The notes below the pieces were generated by a model. It was not told where the DNA came from and ran no database searches. It saw only the letters and a program-made list of their open reading frames with translations. Positions 1 to 16,425 of a DNA stretch of 64,000 nucleotides are shown here, piece by piece; the stretch's first letter is position 1, and each line of letters begins with the position of its first letter. Made by a program: the position numbers and the translations under genes. Origin of the DNA: Yuukianura sp. NJ FZ-2021 (taxonomy: Eukaryota); the NCBI GenBank assembly GCA_046563655.1, contig JAJCTO010000009.1:744001-808000 (forward strand), written 5' to 3'.

Positions 1-3000
1 CGATCATAACCATGTTCATGAAACGCATCTAGTACCGGTCCACTTTGTCGTAGTGCATCAACGACTATTACACACGGTGAACCAATTGTTGTCAGCCTTC
101 ACATTTGAGCTCAAAGGAGAAGTGCCGGTGAAATGACAAGCTCGCCCTCACTACAAATACCAACCAGTACTCATTTTGACACCATGAATCACAATGACTC
201 CGACGGCAATTTAGCTTCAGGGGATCCCATTATTACATTTTCTAAATCAAAATCGAACATTCCGCATTATTTGTTTTTTTGATTAAAATTGTTAGGAAAG
301 ACATTTTTATGTCATACTACCACCTTGCACTTCCAATAAAGCACACCTGAATAACTGGTGTTCAACAATTATCTAGAATTATATTTTAGCCCAACTCCAC
401 TATGCAACAAGTGCATAAATCTAACCGTCATTTAGGTTTAACTAATGTGTGAACTATACAACGAAATTTTAAACATACTGAAAAATGGAATTTATGCCTT
501 GTTATTGCTTATAACGTCTTCATGGAACGCATCTAATACCGGTCCACTTTGTCGTAGTGCATCAACGACTATTACACACGGTGAACCACTTGTTGTCAGC
601 CTTCATCTTTGAGCTCAAAAGAGAAGTGCCGGTGAAATGACAAGCTCGCCCTCACTACAGATACCAACCAGTACTCATTTTGACACTATGAATCACAATG
701 ACTCAGACGGCAACTGAACTTCAGGGGAAATCACATTATTACATTTTCTAAATCAAAATCGAACATTCCGCAGTTTTTGTTATTTTGATTTAAATTGTTA
801 GGAAAGACTTTTTATGTCATACTACCACCTTGCACTTTCAATAAAGCACACCTCAGTAACTGATGTTCAACAATAATCTGGAATTATATTTTACCCCAAC
901 TCCACTATGCAACAAATGCATTAATCTAACCGTCATTTAGGTTTAACTAATGTGTGAACAATACAACGAAATTTTAAACATACTGAAAAATGGAATTTAT
1001 GCCTTGTTATCGATCATAACCATGTTCATGAAACGCATCTAGTACCGGTCCACTTTGTCGTAGTGCATCAACGACTATTACACACGGTGAACCAATTGTT
1101 GTCAGCCTTCACATTTGAGCTCAAAGGAGAAGTGCCGGTGAAATGACAAGCTCGCCCTCACTACAAATACCAACCAGTACTCATTTTGACACCATGAATC
1201 ACAATGACTCCGACGGCAATTTAGCTTCAGGGGATCCCATTATTACATTTTCTAAATCAAAATCGAACATTCCGCATTATTTGTTTTTTTGATTAAAATT
1301 GTTAGGAAAGACATTTTTATGTCATACTACCACCTTGCACTTCCAATAAAGCACACCTGAATAACTGGTGTTCAACAATTATCTAGAATTATATTTTAGC
1401 CCAACTCCACTATGCAACAAGTGCATAAATCTAACCGTCATTTAGGTTTAACTAATGTGTGAACTATACAACGAAATTTTAAACATACTGAAAAATGGAA
1501 TTTATGCCTTGTTATTGCTTATAACGTCTTCATGGAACGCATCTAATACCGGTCCACTTTGTCGTAGTGCATCAACGACTATTACACACGGTGAACCACT
1601 TGTTGTCAGCCTTCATCTTTGAGCTCAAAATAGAAGTGCCGGTGAAATGACAAGCTCGCCCTCACTACAGATACCAACCAGTACTCATTTTGACACTATG
1701 AATCACAATGACTCAGACGGCAACTGAACTTCAGGGAAATCACATTATTACATTTTCTAAATCAAAATCGAACATTCCGCAGTTTTTGTTATTTTGATTT
1801 AAATTGTTAGGAAAGACTTTTTATGTCATACTACCACCTTGCACTTTCAATAAAGCACACCTCAGTAACTGATGTTCAACAATAATCTGGAATTATATTT
1901 TACCCCAACTCCACTATGCAACAAATGCATTAATCTAACCGTCATTTAGGTTTAACTATTGTGTGAACAATACAACGAAATTTTAAACATACTGAAAAAT
2001 GGAATTTATGCCTTGTTATCGCTTATAACCATCTTCATGGAACGCATCTAATACCGGTCCACTTTGTCGTAGTGCATCAACGACTATTACACACGGTGAA
2101 CCACTTGTTGTCAGCCTTCATCTTTGAGCTCAAAGGAGAAGTGCCGGTGAAATGACAAGCTCGCCCTCACTACAAATACCAACCAGTACTCATTTTGACA
2201 CCATGATACACAATGACTCCGACGGCAATGGAACTTCAGGGGATCCCATTATTACATTTTCAAAATCAAAATCGAACATTCCGCATTATTTGTTATTTTG
2301 ATTAAAATTGTTAGGAAAGACTTTTTTATGTCATACTACCACCTTGCACTTCCTACAAAACACACCTGAATAACTGGTGTTCAACAATAATCTGGAATTA
2401 TATTTTAGCTCAGCTCCACTATGCAACAAGTGCATAAATCTAACTGTCATTTTGGTATAAACTAATGTAGGAACTATACAACGAAGTTTTAAACATACTG
2501 AAAAATGGAATTTATGCCTTGTTATCGCTTATAACCATCTTCATGGAACGCATCTAATACCGGTCCACTTTGTTGTAGTGCATCAACGACTAATACACAC
2601 GGTGAACCACTTGTTGTCAGCCTTCATCTTTGGGCACAAAGGAGAAGTGCCGGTGAAATGACAAGCTCGCCCTCACTGCAGATACCAACCAGTACTCATT
2701 TTGACACTATGAATCACAATGACTCAGACGGCAACTGAACTTCAGGGGAAATCACATTATTACATTTTCTAAATCAAAATCGAACATTCCGCAGTTTTTG
2801 TTATTTTGATTTAAATTGTTAGGAAAGACTTTTTATGTCATACTACCACCTTGCACTTTCAATAAAGCACACCTCAGTAACTGATGTTCAACAATAATCT
2901 GGAATTATATTTTACCCCAACTCCACTATGCAACAAATGCATTAATCTAACCGTCATTTAGGTTTAACTAATGTGTGAACAATACAACGAAATTTTAAAC

Positions 3001-6000
3001 ATACTGAAAAATGGAATTTATGCCTTGTTATCGCTTATAACCATCTTCATGGAACGCATCTAATACCGGTCCACTTTGTCGTAGTGCATCAACGACTATT
3101 ACACACGGTGAACCACTTGTTGTCAGCCTTCATCTTTGAGCTCAAAGGAGAAGTGCCGGTGAAATGACAAGCTCGCCCTCACTACAAATACCAGCCAGTA
3201 CTCATTTTGACACCATGATACACAATGACTCCGACGGCAATGGAACTTCAGGGGATCCCATTATTACATTTTCAAAATCAAAATCGAACATTCCGCATTA
3301 TTTGTTATTTTGATTAAAATTGTTAGGAAAGACTTTTTTATGTCATACTACCACCTTGCACTTCCTACAAAACACACCTGAATAACTGGTGTTCAACAAT
3401 AATCTGGAATTATATTTTAGCTCAGCTCCACTATGCAACAAGTGCATAAATCTAACTGTCATTTTGGTATAAACTAATGTAGGAACTATACAACGAAGTT
3501 TTAAACATACTGAAAAATGGAATTTATGCCTTGTTATCGCTTATAACCATCTTCATGGAACGCATCTAATACCGGTCCACTTTGTTGTAGTGCATCAACG
3601 ACTAATACACACGGTGAACCACTTGTTGTCAGCCTTCATCTTTGGGCACAAAGGAGAAGTGCCGGTGAAATGACAAGCTCGCCCCCACTGCAGATACCAA
3701 CCAGTACTCATTTTGACACTATGAATCACAATGACTCAGACGGCAACTGAACTTCAGGGGAAATCACATTATTACATTTTCTAAATCAAAATCGAACATT
3801 CCGCAGTGTTTGTTATTTTGATTAAAATTGTTGGGTAAGACTTTTTTATGTCATACTACCACCTTGCACTTTCAATAAAGCACACCTGAGTAACTGATGT
3901 TCAACAATAATCAAGAATTATATTTTAGCCCAACTCCACTATGCAACAAATGCATTAATCTAACCGTCATTTTGGTATAAACTAATGTGGGAACTATACA
4001 ACGAAATTTTAAACATACTGAAAAATGGAATTTATGCCTTGTTATCGCTCATAACCATGTTCATGAAACGCATCTAGTACCGGTCCACTTTGTCGTAGTG
4101 CATCAACGACTATTACACACGGTGAACCACTTGTTGTCAGCCTTCATCTTTGGGCACAAAGGAGAAGTGCCGGTGAAATGACAAGCTCGCCCTCACTGCA
4201 GATACCAACCAGTACTCATTTTGACACTATGAATCACAATGACTCAGACGGCAACTGAACTTCAGGGGAAATCCCATTATTAAGTTTTCTAAATCAAAAT
4301 CGAACATTTAGCATTATTTGTTATTTTGATTAAAATTTTTAGAAAATACTTTTTTATGTCATACTACCACCTTGCACTTCCAATAAAGCACACCTGAAAA
4401 ACTGGTGTTCAACACTAATCTGGAATTATATTTTAGCCCAACTCCACTATGCAACAAGTGCATAAATCTGACTGTCATTTTGGTATAAACTAATGTGGGA
4501 ACTATACAACGAAGTTTTAAACATACCGAAAAATGGAATTTATGCCTTGTTATCGCTTATAACCATCTTCATGGAACGCATCTAATACCGGTCCACTTTG
4601 TCGTAGTGCATCAACGACTATTACATACGGTGAACCACTTGTTGTCAGCCTTCATCTTTGAGCTCAAAGGAGAAGTGCCGGTGAAATGACAAGCGCGACC
4701 TCACTACAAATACCAACCAGTACTCATTTTGACACCATGATACACAATGACTCCGACGGCAATGGAACTTCAGGGGATCCCATTATTACATTTTCTAAAT
4801 CAAAATCGAACGTTCCGCATTATTTGTTATTTTGATTAAAATTGTTAGGAAAGACTTTTTTATGTCATACTACCACCTTGCACTTCCTACAAAACACACC
4901 TGAATAACTGGTGTTCAACAATAATCTGGAATTATATTTTAGCTCAGCTCCACTATGCAACAAGTGCATAAATCTAACTGTCATTTTGGTATAAACTAAT
5001 GTAGGAACTATACAACGAAGTTTTAAACATACTGAAAAATGGAATTTATGCCTTGTTATCGCTTATAACCATCTTCATGGAACGCATCTAATACCGGTCC
5101 ACTTTGTTGTAGTGCATCAACGACTAATACACACGGTGAACCACTTGTTGTCAGCCTTCATCTTTGGGCACAAAGGAGAAGTGCCGGTGAAATGACAAGC
5201 TCGCCCTCACTGCAGATACCAACCAGTACTCATTTTGACACTATGAATCACAATGACTCAGACGGCAACTGAACTTCAGGGGAAATCACATTATTACATT
5301 TTCTAAATCAAAATCGAACATTCCGCAGTGTTTGTTATTTTGATTAAAATTGTTGGGTAAGACTTTTTTATGTCATACTACCACCTTGCACTTTCAATAA
5401 AGCACACCTGAGTAACTGATGTTCAACAATAATCAAGAATTATATTTTAGCCCAACTCCACTATGCAACAAATGCATTAATCTAACCGTCATTTTGGTAT
5501 AAACTAATGTGGGAACTATACAACGAAATCTTAAACATACTGAAAAATGGAATTTATGCCTTGTTATCGCTCATAACCATGTTCATGAAACGCATCTAGT
5601 ACCGGTCCACTTTGTCGTAGTGCATCAACGACTATTACACACGGTGAACCACTTGTTGTCAGCCTTCATCTTTGGGCACAAAGGAGAAGTGCCGGTGAAA
5701 TGACAAGCTCGCCCTCACTGCAGATACCAACCAGTACTCATTTTGACACTATGAATCACAATGACTCAGACGGCAACTGAACTTCAGGGGAAATCCCATT
5801 ATTAAGTTTTCTAAATCAAAATCGAACATTTAGCATTATTTGTTATTTTGATTAAAATTTTTAGAAAATACTTTTTTATGTCATACTACCACCTTGCACT
5901 TCCAATAAAGCACACCTGAAAAACTGGTGTTCAACACTAATCTGGAATTATATTTTAGCCCAACTCCACTATGCAACAAGTGCATAAATCTGACTGTCAT

Positions 6001-9000
6001 TTTGGTATAAACTAATGTGGGAACTATACAACGAAGTTTTAAACATACCGAAAAATGGAATTTATGCCTTGTTATCGCTTATAACCATCTTCATGGAACG
6101 CATCTAATACCGGTCCACTTTGTCGTAGTGCATCAACGACTATTACATACGGTGAACCACTTGTTGTCAGCCTTCATCTTTGAGCTCAAAGGAGAAGTGC
6201 CGGTGAAATGACAAGCGCGACCTCACTACAAATACCGACCAGTACTCATTTTGACACCATGATACACAATGACTCCGACGGCAATGGAACTTCAGGGGAT
6301 CCCATTATTACATTTTCTAAATCAAAATCGAACGTTCCGCATTATTTGTTATTTTGATTAAAATTGTTAGGAAAGACTTTTTTATGTCATACTACCACCT
6401 TGCACTTCCTACAAAACACACCTGAATAACTGGTGTTCAACAATAATCTGGAATTATATTTTAGCTCAGCTCCACTATGCAACAAGTGCATAAATCTAAC
6501 TGTCATTTTGGTATAAACTAATGTAGGAACTATACAACGAAGTTTTAAACATACTGAAAAATGGAATTTATGCCTTGTTATCGCTTATAACCATCTTCAT
6601 GGAACGCATCTAATACCGGTCCACTTTGTTGTAGTGCATCAACGACTAATACACACGGTGAACCACTTGTTGTCAGCCTTCATCTTTGGGCACAAAGGAG
6701 AAGTGCCGGTGAAATGACAAGCTCGCCCTCACTGCAGATACCAACCAGTACTCATTTTGACACTATGAATCACAATGACTCAGACGGCAACTGAACTTCA
6801 GGGGAAATCACATTATTACATTTTCTAAATCAAAATCGAACATTCCGCAGTGTTTGTTATTTTGATTAAAATTGTTGGGTAAGACTTTTTTATGTCATAC
6901 TACCACCTTGCACTTTCAATAAAGCACACCTGAGTAACTGGTGTTCAACACTAATCTGGAATTATATTTTAGCCCAACTCCACTATGCAACAAGTGCATA
7001 AATCTGACTGTCATTTTGGTATAAACTAATGTGGGAACTATACAACGAAGTTTTAAACATACCGAAAAATGGAATTTATGCCTTGTTATCGCTTATAACC
7101 ATCTTCATGGAACGCATCTAATACCGGTCCACTTTGTCGTAGTGCATCAACGACTATTACATACGGTGAACCACTTGTTGTCAGCCTTCATCTTTGGGCA
7201 CAAAGGAGAAGTGCCGGTGAAATGACAAGCTCGCCCTCACTGCAGATACCAACCAGTACTCATTTTGACACTATGAATCACAATGACTCAGACGGCAACT
7301 GAACTTCAGGGGAAATCACATTATTACATTTTCTAAATCAAAATCGAACATTCCGCAGTGTTTGTTATTTTGATTAAAATTGTTGGGTAAGACTTTTTTA
7401 TGTCATACTACCACCTTGCACTTTCAATAAAGCACACCTGAGTAACTGATGTTCAACAATAATCAAGAATTATATTTTAGCCCAACTCCACTATGCAACA
7501 AATGCATTAATCTAACCGTCATTTTGGTATAAACTAATGTGGGAACTATACAACGAAATCTTAAACATACTGAAAAATGGAATTTATGCCTTGTTATCGC
7601 TCATAACCATGTTCATGAAACGCATCTAGTACCGGTCCACTTTGTCGTAGTGCATCAACGACTATTACACACGGTGAACCACTTGTTGTCAGCCTTCATC
7701 TTTGGGCACAAAGGAGAAGTGCCGGTGAAATGACAAGCTCGCCCTCACTGCAGATACCAACCAGTACTCATTTTGACACTATGAATCACAATGACTCAGA
7801 CGGCAACTGAACTTCAGGGGAAATCCCATTATTAAGTTTTCTAAATCAAAATCGAACATTTAGCATTATTTGTTATTTTGATTAAAATTTTTAGAAAATA
7901 CTTTTTTATGTCATACTACCACCTTGCACTTCCAATAAAGCACACCTGAAAAACTGGTGTTCAACACTAATCTGGAATTATATTTTAGCCCAACTCCACT
8001 ATGCAACAAGTGCATAAATCTGACTGTCATTTTGGTATAAACTAATGTGGGAACTATACAACGAAGTTTTAAACATACCGAAAAATGGAATTTATGCCTT
8101 GTTATCGCTTATAACCATCTTCATGGAACGCATCTAATACCGGTCCACTTTGTCGTAGTGCATCAACGACTATTACATACGGTGAACCACTTGTTGTCAG
8201 CCTTCATCTTTGAGCTCAAAGGAGAAGTGCCGGTGAAATGACAAGCGCGACCTCACTACAAATACCGACCAGTACTCATTTTGACACCATGATACACAAT
8301 GACTCCGACGGCAATGGAACTTCAGGGGATCCCATTATTACATTTTCTAAATCAAAATCGAACGTTCCGCATTATTTGTTATTTTGATTAAAATTGTTAG
8401 GAAAGACTTTTTTATGTCATACTACCACCTTGCACTTCCTACAAAACACACCTGAATAACTGGTGTTCAACAATAATCTGGAATTATATTTTAGCTCAGC
8501 TCCACTATGCAACAAGTGCATAAATCTAACTGTCATTTTGGTATAAACTAATGTAGGAACTATACAACGAAGTTTTAAACATACTGAAAAATGGAATTTA
8601 TGCCTTGTTATCGCTTATAACCATCTTCATGGAACGCATCTAATACCGGTCCACTTTGTTGTAGTGCATCAACGACTAATACACACGGTGAACCACTTGT
8701 TGTCAGCCTTCATCTTTGGGCACAAAGGAGAAGTGCCGGTGAAATGACAAGCTCGCCCTCACTGCAGATACCAACCAGTACTCATTTTGACACTATGAAT
8801 CACAATGACTCAGACGGCAACTGAACTTCAGGGAAAATCCCATTATTACATTTTCTAAATCAAAATCGAACATTCCGCAGTGTTTGTTATTTTGATTAAA
8901 ATTGTTGGGTAAGACTTTTTTATGTCATACTACCACCTTGCACTTTCAATAAAGCACACCTGAGTAACTGGTGTTCAACACTAATCTGGAATTATATTTT

Positions 9001-12000
9001 AGCCCAACTCCACTATGCAACAAGTGCATAAATCTGACTGTCATTTTGGTATAAACTAATGTGGGAACTATACAACGAAGTTTTAAACATACCGAAAAAT
9101 GGAATTTATGCCTTGTTATCGCTTATAACCATCTTCATGGAACGCATCTAATACCGGTCCACTTTGTCGTAGTGCATCAACGACTATTACATACGGTGAA
9201 CCACTTGTTGTCAGCCTTCATCTTTGAGCTCAAAGGAGAAGTGCCGGTGAAATGACAAGCGCGACCTCACTACAAATACCGAACCAGTACTCATTTTGAC
9301 ACCATGATACACAATGACTCCGACGGCAATGGAACTTCAGGGGATCCCATTATTACATTTTCTAAATCAAAATCGAACGTTCCGCATTATTTGTTATTTT
9401 GATTAAAATTGTTAGGAAAGACTTTTTTATGTCATACTACCACCTTGCACTTCCAACAAAACACACCTGAATAACTAACTGGTGCTCAACACTAATCTGG
9501 AATTATGTTTTAGCCCAACTCCACTATGCAACAAGTGCATAATTCTAACTGTCATTTTGGTATAAACTAATGTGGGAACTATACAACGAAGTTTTAAGCA
9601 TACCGAAAAATGGAATTTATGCCTTGTTATCTGTTATAACCATGTTCATGGAACGCATCTAATACCGGTCCACTTTGTCGTTGTGCATCAAAGACTATTA
9701 CACACGGTGAACCACTTGTTGTCAGCCTTCATCTTTGAGCTCAAAGGAGAAGTGCCGGTGAAATGACAAGCTCGCCCTCACTACAAATAACAACTAGTAC
9801 TCATTTTGACACCATGATACACAATAACTCCGACGGCAATGGAGCTTCAGGGGATCCTATCATTACATTTTCAAAATCAAAATCGAACATTCCGCATTAT
9901 TTGTTATTTTGATTAAAATTGTTAGGAAAGACTTTTTTATGTCATACTACCACCTTGCACTTCCAACAAAACACACCTGAATAACTGGTGTTCAACAATA
10001 ATCTGGAATTATATTTTAGCTCAGCTCCACTATGCAACAAGTGCATAAATCTAACTGTCATTTTGGTATAAACTAATGTAGGAACTATACAACGAAGTTT
10101 TAAACATACTGAAAAATGGAATTTATGCCTTGTTATCGCTTATAACCATCTTCATGGAACGCATCTAATACCGGTCCACTTTGTTGTAGTGCATCAACGA
10201 CTATTACACACGGTGAACCACTTGTTGTCAGCCTTCATCTTTGGGCACAAAGGAGAAGTGCCGGTGAAATGACAAGCTCGCCCTCACTGCAGATACCAAC
10301 CAGTACTCATTTTGACACTATGAATCACAATGACTCAGACGGCAACTGAACTTCAGGGGAAATCCCATTATTAAGTTTTCTAAATCAAAATCGAACATTC
10401 AGCATTATTTGTTATTTTGATTAAAATTTTTAGAAAATACTTTTTTATGTCATACTACCACCTTGCACTTCCAATAAAGCACACCTGAAAAACTGGTGTT
10501 CAACACTAATCTGGAATTATATTTTAGCCCAACTCCACTATGCAACAAGTGCATAAATCTGACTGTCATTTTGGTATAAACTAATGTGGGAACTATACAA
10601 CGAAGTTTTAAACATACCGAAAAATGGAATTTATGCCTTGTTATCGCTTATAACCATCTTCATGGAACGCATCTAATACCGGTCCACTTTGTCGTAGTGC
10701 ATCAACGACTATTACATACGGTGAACCACTTGTTGTCAGCCTTCATCTTTGAGCTCAAAGGAGAAGTGCCGGTGAAATGACAAGCGCGACCTCACTACAA
10801 ATACCAACCAGTACTCATTTTGACACCATGATACACAATGACTCCGACGGCAAGGGAACTTCAGGGGATCCCATTATTACATTTTCTAAATCAAAATCGA
10901 ACATTCCGCATTATTTGTTATTTTGATTAAAATTGTTAGGAAAGACTTTTTTATGTCATACTACCACCTTGCACTTCCAACAAAACACACCTGAATAACT
11001 AACTGGTGCTCAACACTAATCTGGAATTATGTTTTAGCCCAACTCCACTATGCAACAAGTGCATAAATCTAACTGTCATTTTGGTATAAACTAATGTGGG
11101 AACTATACAACGAAGTTTTAAGCATACCGAAAAATGGAATTTATGCCTTGTTATCGCTTATAACCATGTTCATGGAACGCATCTAATACCGGTCCACTTT
11201 GTCGTTGTGCATCAAAGACTATTACACACGGTGAACCACTTGTTGTCAGCCTTCATCTTTGAGCTCAAAGGAGAAGTGCCGGTGAAATGACAAGCTCGCC
11301 CTCACTACAAATAACAACCAGTACTCATTTTGACACCATGATACACAATAACTCCGACGGCAATGGAGCTTCAGGGGATCCCATCATTACATTTTCTAAA
11401 TCAAAATCGAACATTCCGCATTATTTGTTATTTTGATTAAAATTGTTAGGAAAGACTTTTTTATGTCATACTACCACCTTGCACTTCCAACAAAACACAC
11501 CTGAATAACTGGTGTTCAACAATAATCTGGAATTATATTTTAGCTCAGCTCCACTATGCAACAAGTGCATAAATCTAACTGTCATTTTGGTATAAACTAA
11601 TGTAGGAACTATACAACGAAGTTTTAAACATACTGAAAAATGGAATTTATGCCTTGTTATCGCTTATAACCATCTTCATGGAACGCATCTAATACCGGTC
11701 CACTTTGTTGTAGTGCATCAACGACTATTACACACGGTGAACCACTTGTTGTCAGCCTTCATCTTTGGGCACAAAGGAGAAGTGCCGGTGAAATGACAAG
11801 CTCGCCCTCACTGCAGATACCAACCAGTACTCATTTTGACACTATGAATCACAATGACTCAGACGGCAACTGAACTTCAGGGGATCCCATTATTACATTT
11901 TCTAAATCAAAATCGAACATTTAGCATTATTTGTTATTTTGATTAAAATTTTTAGAAAATACTTTTTTATGTCATACTACCACCTTGCACTTCCAATAAA

Positions 12001-15000
12001 GCACACCTGAAAAACTGGTGTTCAACACTAATCTGGAATTATATTTTAGCCCAACTCCACTATGCAACAAGTGCATAAATCTGACTGTCATTTTGGTATA
12101 AACTAATGTGGGAACTATACAACGAAGTTTTAAACATACCGAAAAATGGAATTTATGCCTTGTTATCGCTTATAACCATCTTCATGGAACGCATCTAATA
12201 CCGGTCCACTTTGTCGTAGTGCATCAACGACTATTACATACGGTGAACCACTTGTTGTCAGCCTTCATCTTTGAGCTCAAAGGAGAAGTGCCGGTGAAAT
12301 GACAAGCGCGACCTCACTACAAATACCAACCAGTACTCATTTTGACACCATGATACACAATGACTCCGACGGCAAGGGAACTTCAGGGGATCCCATTATT
12401 ACATTTTCTAAATCAAAATCGAACATTCCGCATTATTTGTTATTTTGATTAAAATTGTTAGGAAAGACTTTTTTATGTCATACTACCACCTTGCACTTCC
12501 AACAAAACACACCTGAATAACTGGTGTTCAACAATAATCTGGAATTATATTTTAGCTCAGCTCCACTATGCAACAAGTGCATAAATCTAACTGTCATTTT
12601 GGTATAAACTAATGTAGGAACTATACAACGAAGTTTTAAACATACTGAAAAATGGAATTTATGCCTTGTTATCGCTTATAACCATCTTCATGGAACGCAT
12701 CTAATACCGGTCCACTTTGTTGTAGTGCATCAACGACTATTACACACGGTGAACCACTTGTTGTCAGCCTTCATCTTTGGGCACAAAGGAGAGGTGCCGG
12801 TGAAATGACAAGCTCGCCCTCACTGCAGATACCAACCAGTACTCATTTTGACACTATGAATCACAATGACTCAGACGGCAACTGAACTTCAGGGGAAATC
12901 CCATTATTAAGTTTTCTAAATCAAAATCGAACATTCAGCATTGTTTGTTATTTTGATTAAAATTTTTAGAAAATACTTTTTTATGTCATACTACCACCTT
13001 GCACTTCCAATAAAGCACACCTGAAAAACTGGTGTTCAACACTAATCTGGAATTATATTTTAGCCCAACTCCACTATGCAACAAGTGCATAAATCTGACT
13101 GTCATTTTGGTATAAACTAATGTGGGAACTATACAACGAAGTTTTAAACATACCGAAAAATGGAATTTATGCCTTGTTATCGCTTATAACCATCTTCATG
13201 GAACGCATCTAATACCGGTCCACTTTGTCGTAGTGCATCAACGACTATTACATACGGTGAACCACTTGTTGTCAGCCTTCATCTTTGAGCTCAAAGGAGA
13301 AGTGCCGGTGAAATGACAAGCGCGACCTCACTACAAATACCAACCAGTACTCATTTTGACACCATGATACACAATGACTCCGACGGCAAGGGAACTTCAG
13401 GGGATCCCATTATTACATTTTCTAAATCAAAATCGAACATTCCGCATTATTTGTTATTTTGATTAAAATTGTTAGGAAAGACTTTTTTATGTCATACTAC
13501 CACCTTGCACTTCCAACAAAACACACCTGAATAACTAACTGGTGCTCAACACTAATCTGGAATTATGTTTTAGCCCAACTCCACTATGCAACAAGTGCAT
13601 AAATCTAACTGTCATTTTGGTATAAACTAATGTGGGAACTATACAACGAAGTTTTAAGCATACCGAAAAATGGAATTTATGCCTTGTTATCGCTTATAAC
13701 CATGTTCATGGAACGCATCTAATACCGGTCCACTTTGTCGTTGTGCATCAAAGACTATTACACACGGTGAACCACTTGTTGTCAGCCTTCATCTTTGAGC
13801 TCAAAGGAGAAGTGCCGGTGAAATGACAAGCTCGCCCTCACTACAAATAACAACCAGTACTCATTTTGACACCATGATACACAATAACTCCGACGGCAAT
13901 GGAGCTTCAGGGGATCCCATCATTACATTTTCTAAATCAAAATCGAACATTCCGCATTATTTGTTATTTTGATTAAAATTGTTAGGAAAGACTTTTTTAT
14001 GTCATACTACCACCTTGCACTTCCAACAAAACACACCTGAATAACTGGTGTTCAACAATAATCTGGAATTATATTTTAGCTCAGCTCCACTATGCAACAA
14101 GTGCATAAATCTAACTGTCATTTTGGTATAAACTAATGTAGGAACTATACAACGAAGTTTTAAACATACTGAAAAATGGAATTTATGCCTTGTTATCGCT
14201 TATAACCATCTTCATGGAACGCATCTAATACCGGTCCACTTTGTTGTAGTGCATCAACGACTATTACACACGGTGAACCACTTGTTGTCAGCCTTCATCT
14301 TTGGGCACAAAGGAGAAGTGCCTGTGAAATGACAAGCTCGCCCTCACTGCAGATACCAACCAGTACTCATTTTGACACTATGAATCACAATGACTCAGAC
14401 GGCAACTGAACTTCAGGGAAATCCCATTATTAAGTTTTCTAAATCAAAATCGAACATTTAGCATTATTTGTTATTTTGATTAAAATTTTTAGAAAATACT
14501 TTTTTATGTCATACTACCACCTTGCACTTCCAATAAAGCACACCTGAAAAACTGGTGTTCAACACTAATCTGGAATTATATTTTAGCCCAACTCCACTAT
14601 GCAACAAGTGCATAAATCTGACTGTCATTTTGGTATAAACTAATGTGGGAACTATACAACGAAGTTTTAAACATACCGAAAAATGGAATTTATGCCTTGT
14701 TATCGCTTATAACCATCTTCATGGAACGCATCTAATACCGGTCCACTTTGTCGTAGTGCATCAACGACTATTACATACGGTGAACCACTTGTTGTCAGCC
14801 TTCATCTTTGAGCTCAAAGGAGAAGTGCCGGTGAAATGACAAGCTCGCCCTCACTACAAATAACAACCAGTACTCATTTTGACACCATGATACACAATAA
14901 CTCCGACGGCAATGGAGCTTCAGGGGATCCCATCATTACATTTTCTAAATCAAAATCGAACATTCCGCATTATTTGTTATTTTGATTAAAATTGTTAGGA

Positions 15001-16178
15001 AAGACTTTTTTATGTCATACTACCACCTTGCACTTCCAACAAAACACACCTGAATAACTGGTGTTCAACAATAATCTGGAATTATATTTTAGCTCAGCTC
15101 CACTATGCAACAAGTGCATAAATCTAACTGTCATTTTGGTATAAACTAATGTAGGAACTATACAACGAAGTTTTAAACATACTGAAAAATGGAATTTATG
15201 CCTTGTTATCGCTTATAACCATCTTCATGGAACGCATCTAATACCGGTCCACTTTGTTGTAGTGCATCAACGACTATTACACACGGTGAACCACTTGTTG
15301 TCAGCCTTCATCTTTGGGCACAAAGGAGAAGTGCCTGTGAAATGACAAGCTCGCCCTCACTGCAGATACCAACCAGTACTCATTTTGACACTATGAATCA
15401 CAATGACTCAGACGGCAACTGAACTTCAGGGGAAATCCCATTATTAAGTTTTCTAAATCAAAATCGAACATTTAGCATTATTTGTTATTTTGATTAAAAT
15501 TTTTAGAAAATACTTTTTTATGTCATACTACCACCTTGCACTTCCAATAAAGCACACCTGAAAAACTGGTGTTCAACACTAATCTGGAATTATATTTTAG
15601 CCCAACTCCACTATGCAACAAGTGCATAAATCTGACTGTCATTTTGGTATAAACTAATGTGGGAACTATACAACGAAGTTTTAAACATACCGAAAAATGG
15701 AATTTATGCCTTGTTATCGCTTATAACCATCTTCATGGAACGCATCTAATACCGGTCCACTTTGTCGTAGTGCATCAACGACTATTACATACGGTGAACC
15801 ACTTGTTGTCAGCCTTCATCTTTGAGCTCAAAGGAGAAGTGCCGGTGAAATGACAAGCGCGACCTCACTACAAATACCAACCAGTACTCATTTTGACACC
15901 ATGATACACAATGACTCCGACGGCAAGGGAACTTCAGGGGATCCCATTATTACATTTTCTAAATCAAAATCGAACATTCCGCATTATTTGTTATTTTGAT
16001 TAAAATTGTTAGGAAAGACTTTTTTATGTCATACTACCACCTTGCACTTCCAACAAAACACACCTGAATAACTAACTGGTGCTCAACACTAATCTGGAAT
16101 TATGTTTTAGCCCAACTCCACTATGCAACAAGTGCATAAATCTAACTGTCATTTTGGTATAAACTAATGTGGGAACTA
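1..16178. repeat. Tandem satellite array, ~507-bp monomer (~32 copies), block 1
   Basis: Head-to-tail near-identical monomers. Marker motifs (e.g. GGAGAAGTGCCGGTGAAATGACAAG) and the spurious 64-aa ORF recur every ~505-511 bp (3987, 4495, 5509, 6017...). The array runs off the left edge. Confidence 0.99.
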
Positions 16179-16425
16179 TGAGACGGAAGTGACGGATGAT
16201 AGGTCTTCGCTAGACTACGGCGATGACCTGACGATGTGTGACCTCGATGCCACAGAATGTGGATGCCAATAAATGAATGCTACAAATCTGAACTGAAGAT
16301 TTGGTGGGGAGATGCTCTCCCTATGAATACCATTTATTGACTGAATGTATGAATCCTACCTATTCATATATGTGTGCTTAGCCTAGTCTTCCCGCGCTTC
16401 CTTGTGTGTGTCTCGTCCCGTCACA
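16179..16425 (-). repeat. 3' LTR of element 1 (247 bp)
   Basis: TGAGACGG...CCGTCACA, with a 7/8 terminal inverted repeat; identical to 25254-25500. Confidence 0.97.

Noticed and set aside
3987..4181. 64-aa ORF (MGTIQR...GEVPVK) repeated in many satellite monomers, as a tandem gene family
   Set aside because: It starts at GTG, not ATG. The start is lost in roughly half of the monomers, there is no recognisable domain, and a copy near 49.5 kb is frameshifted. It is a by-product of the repeat.
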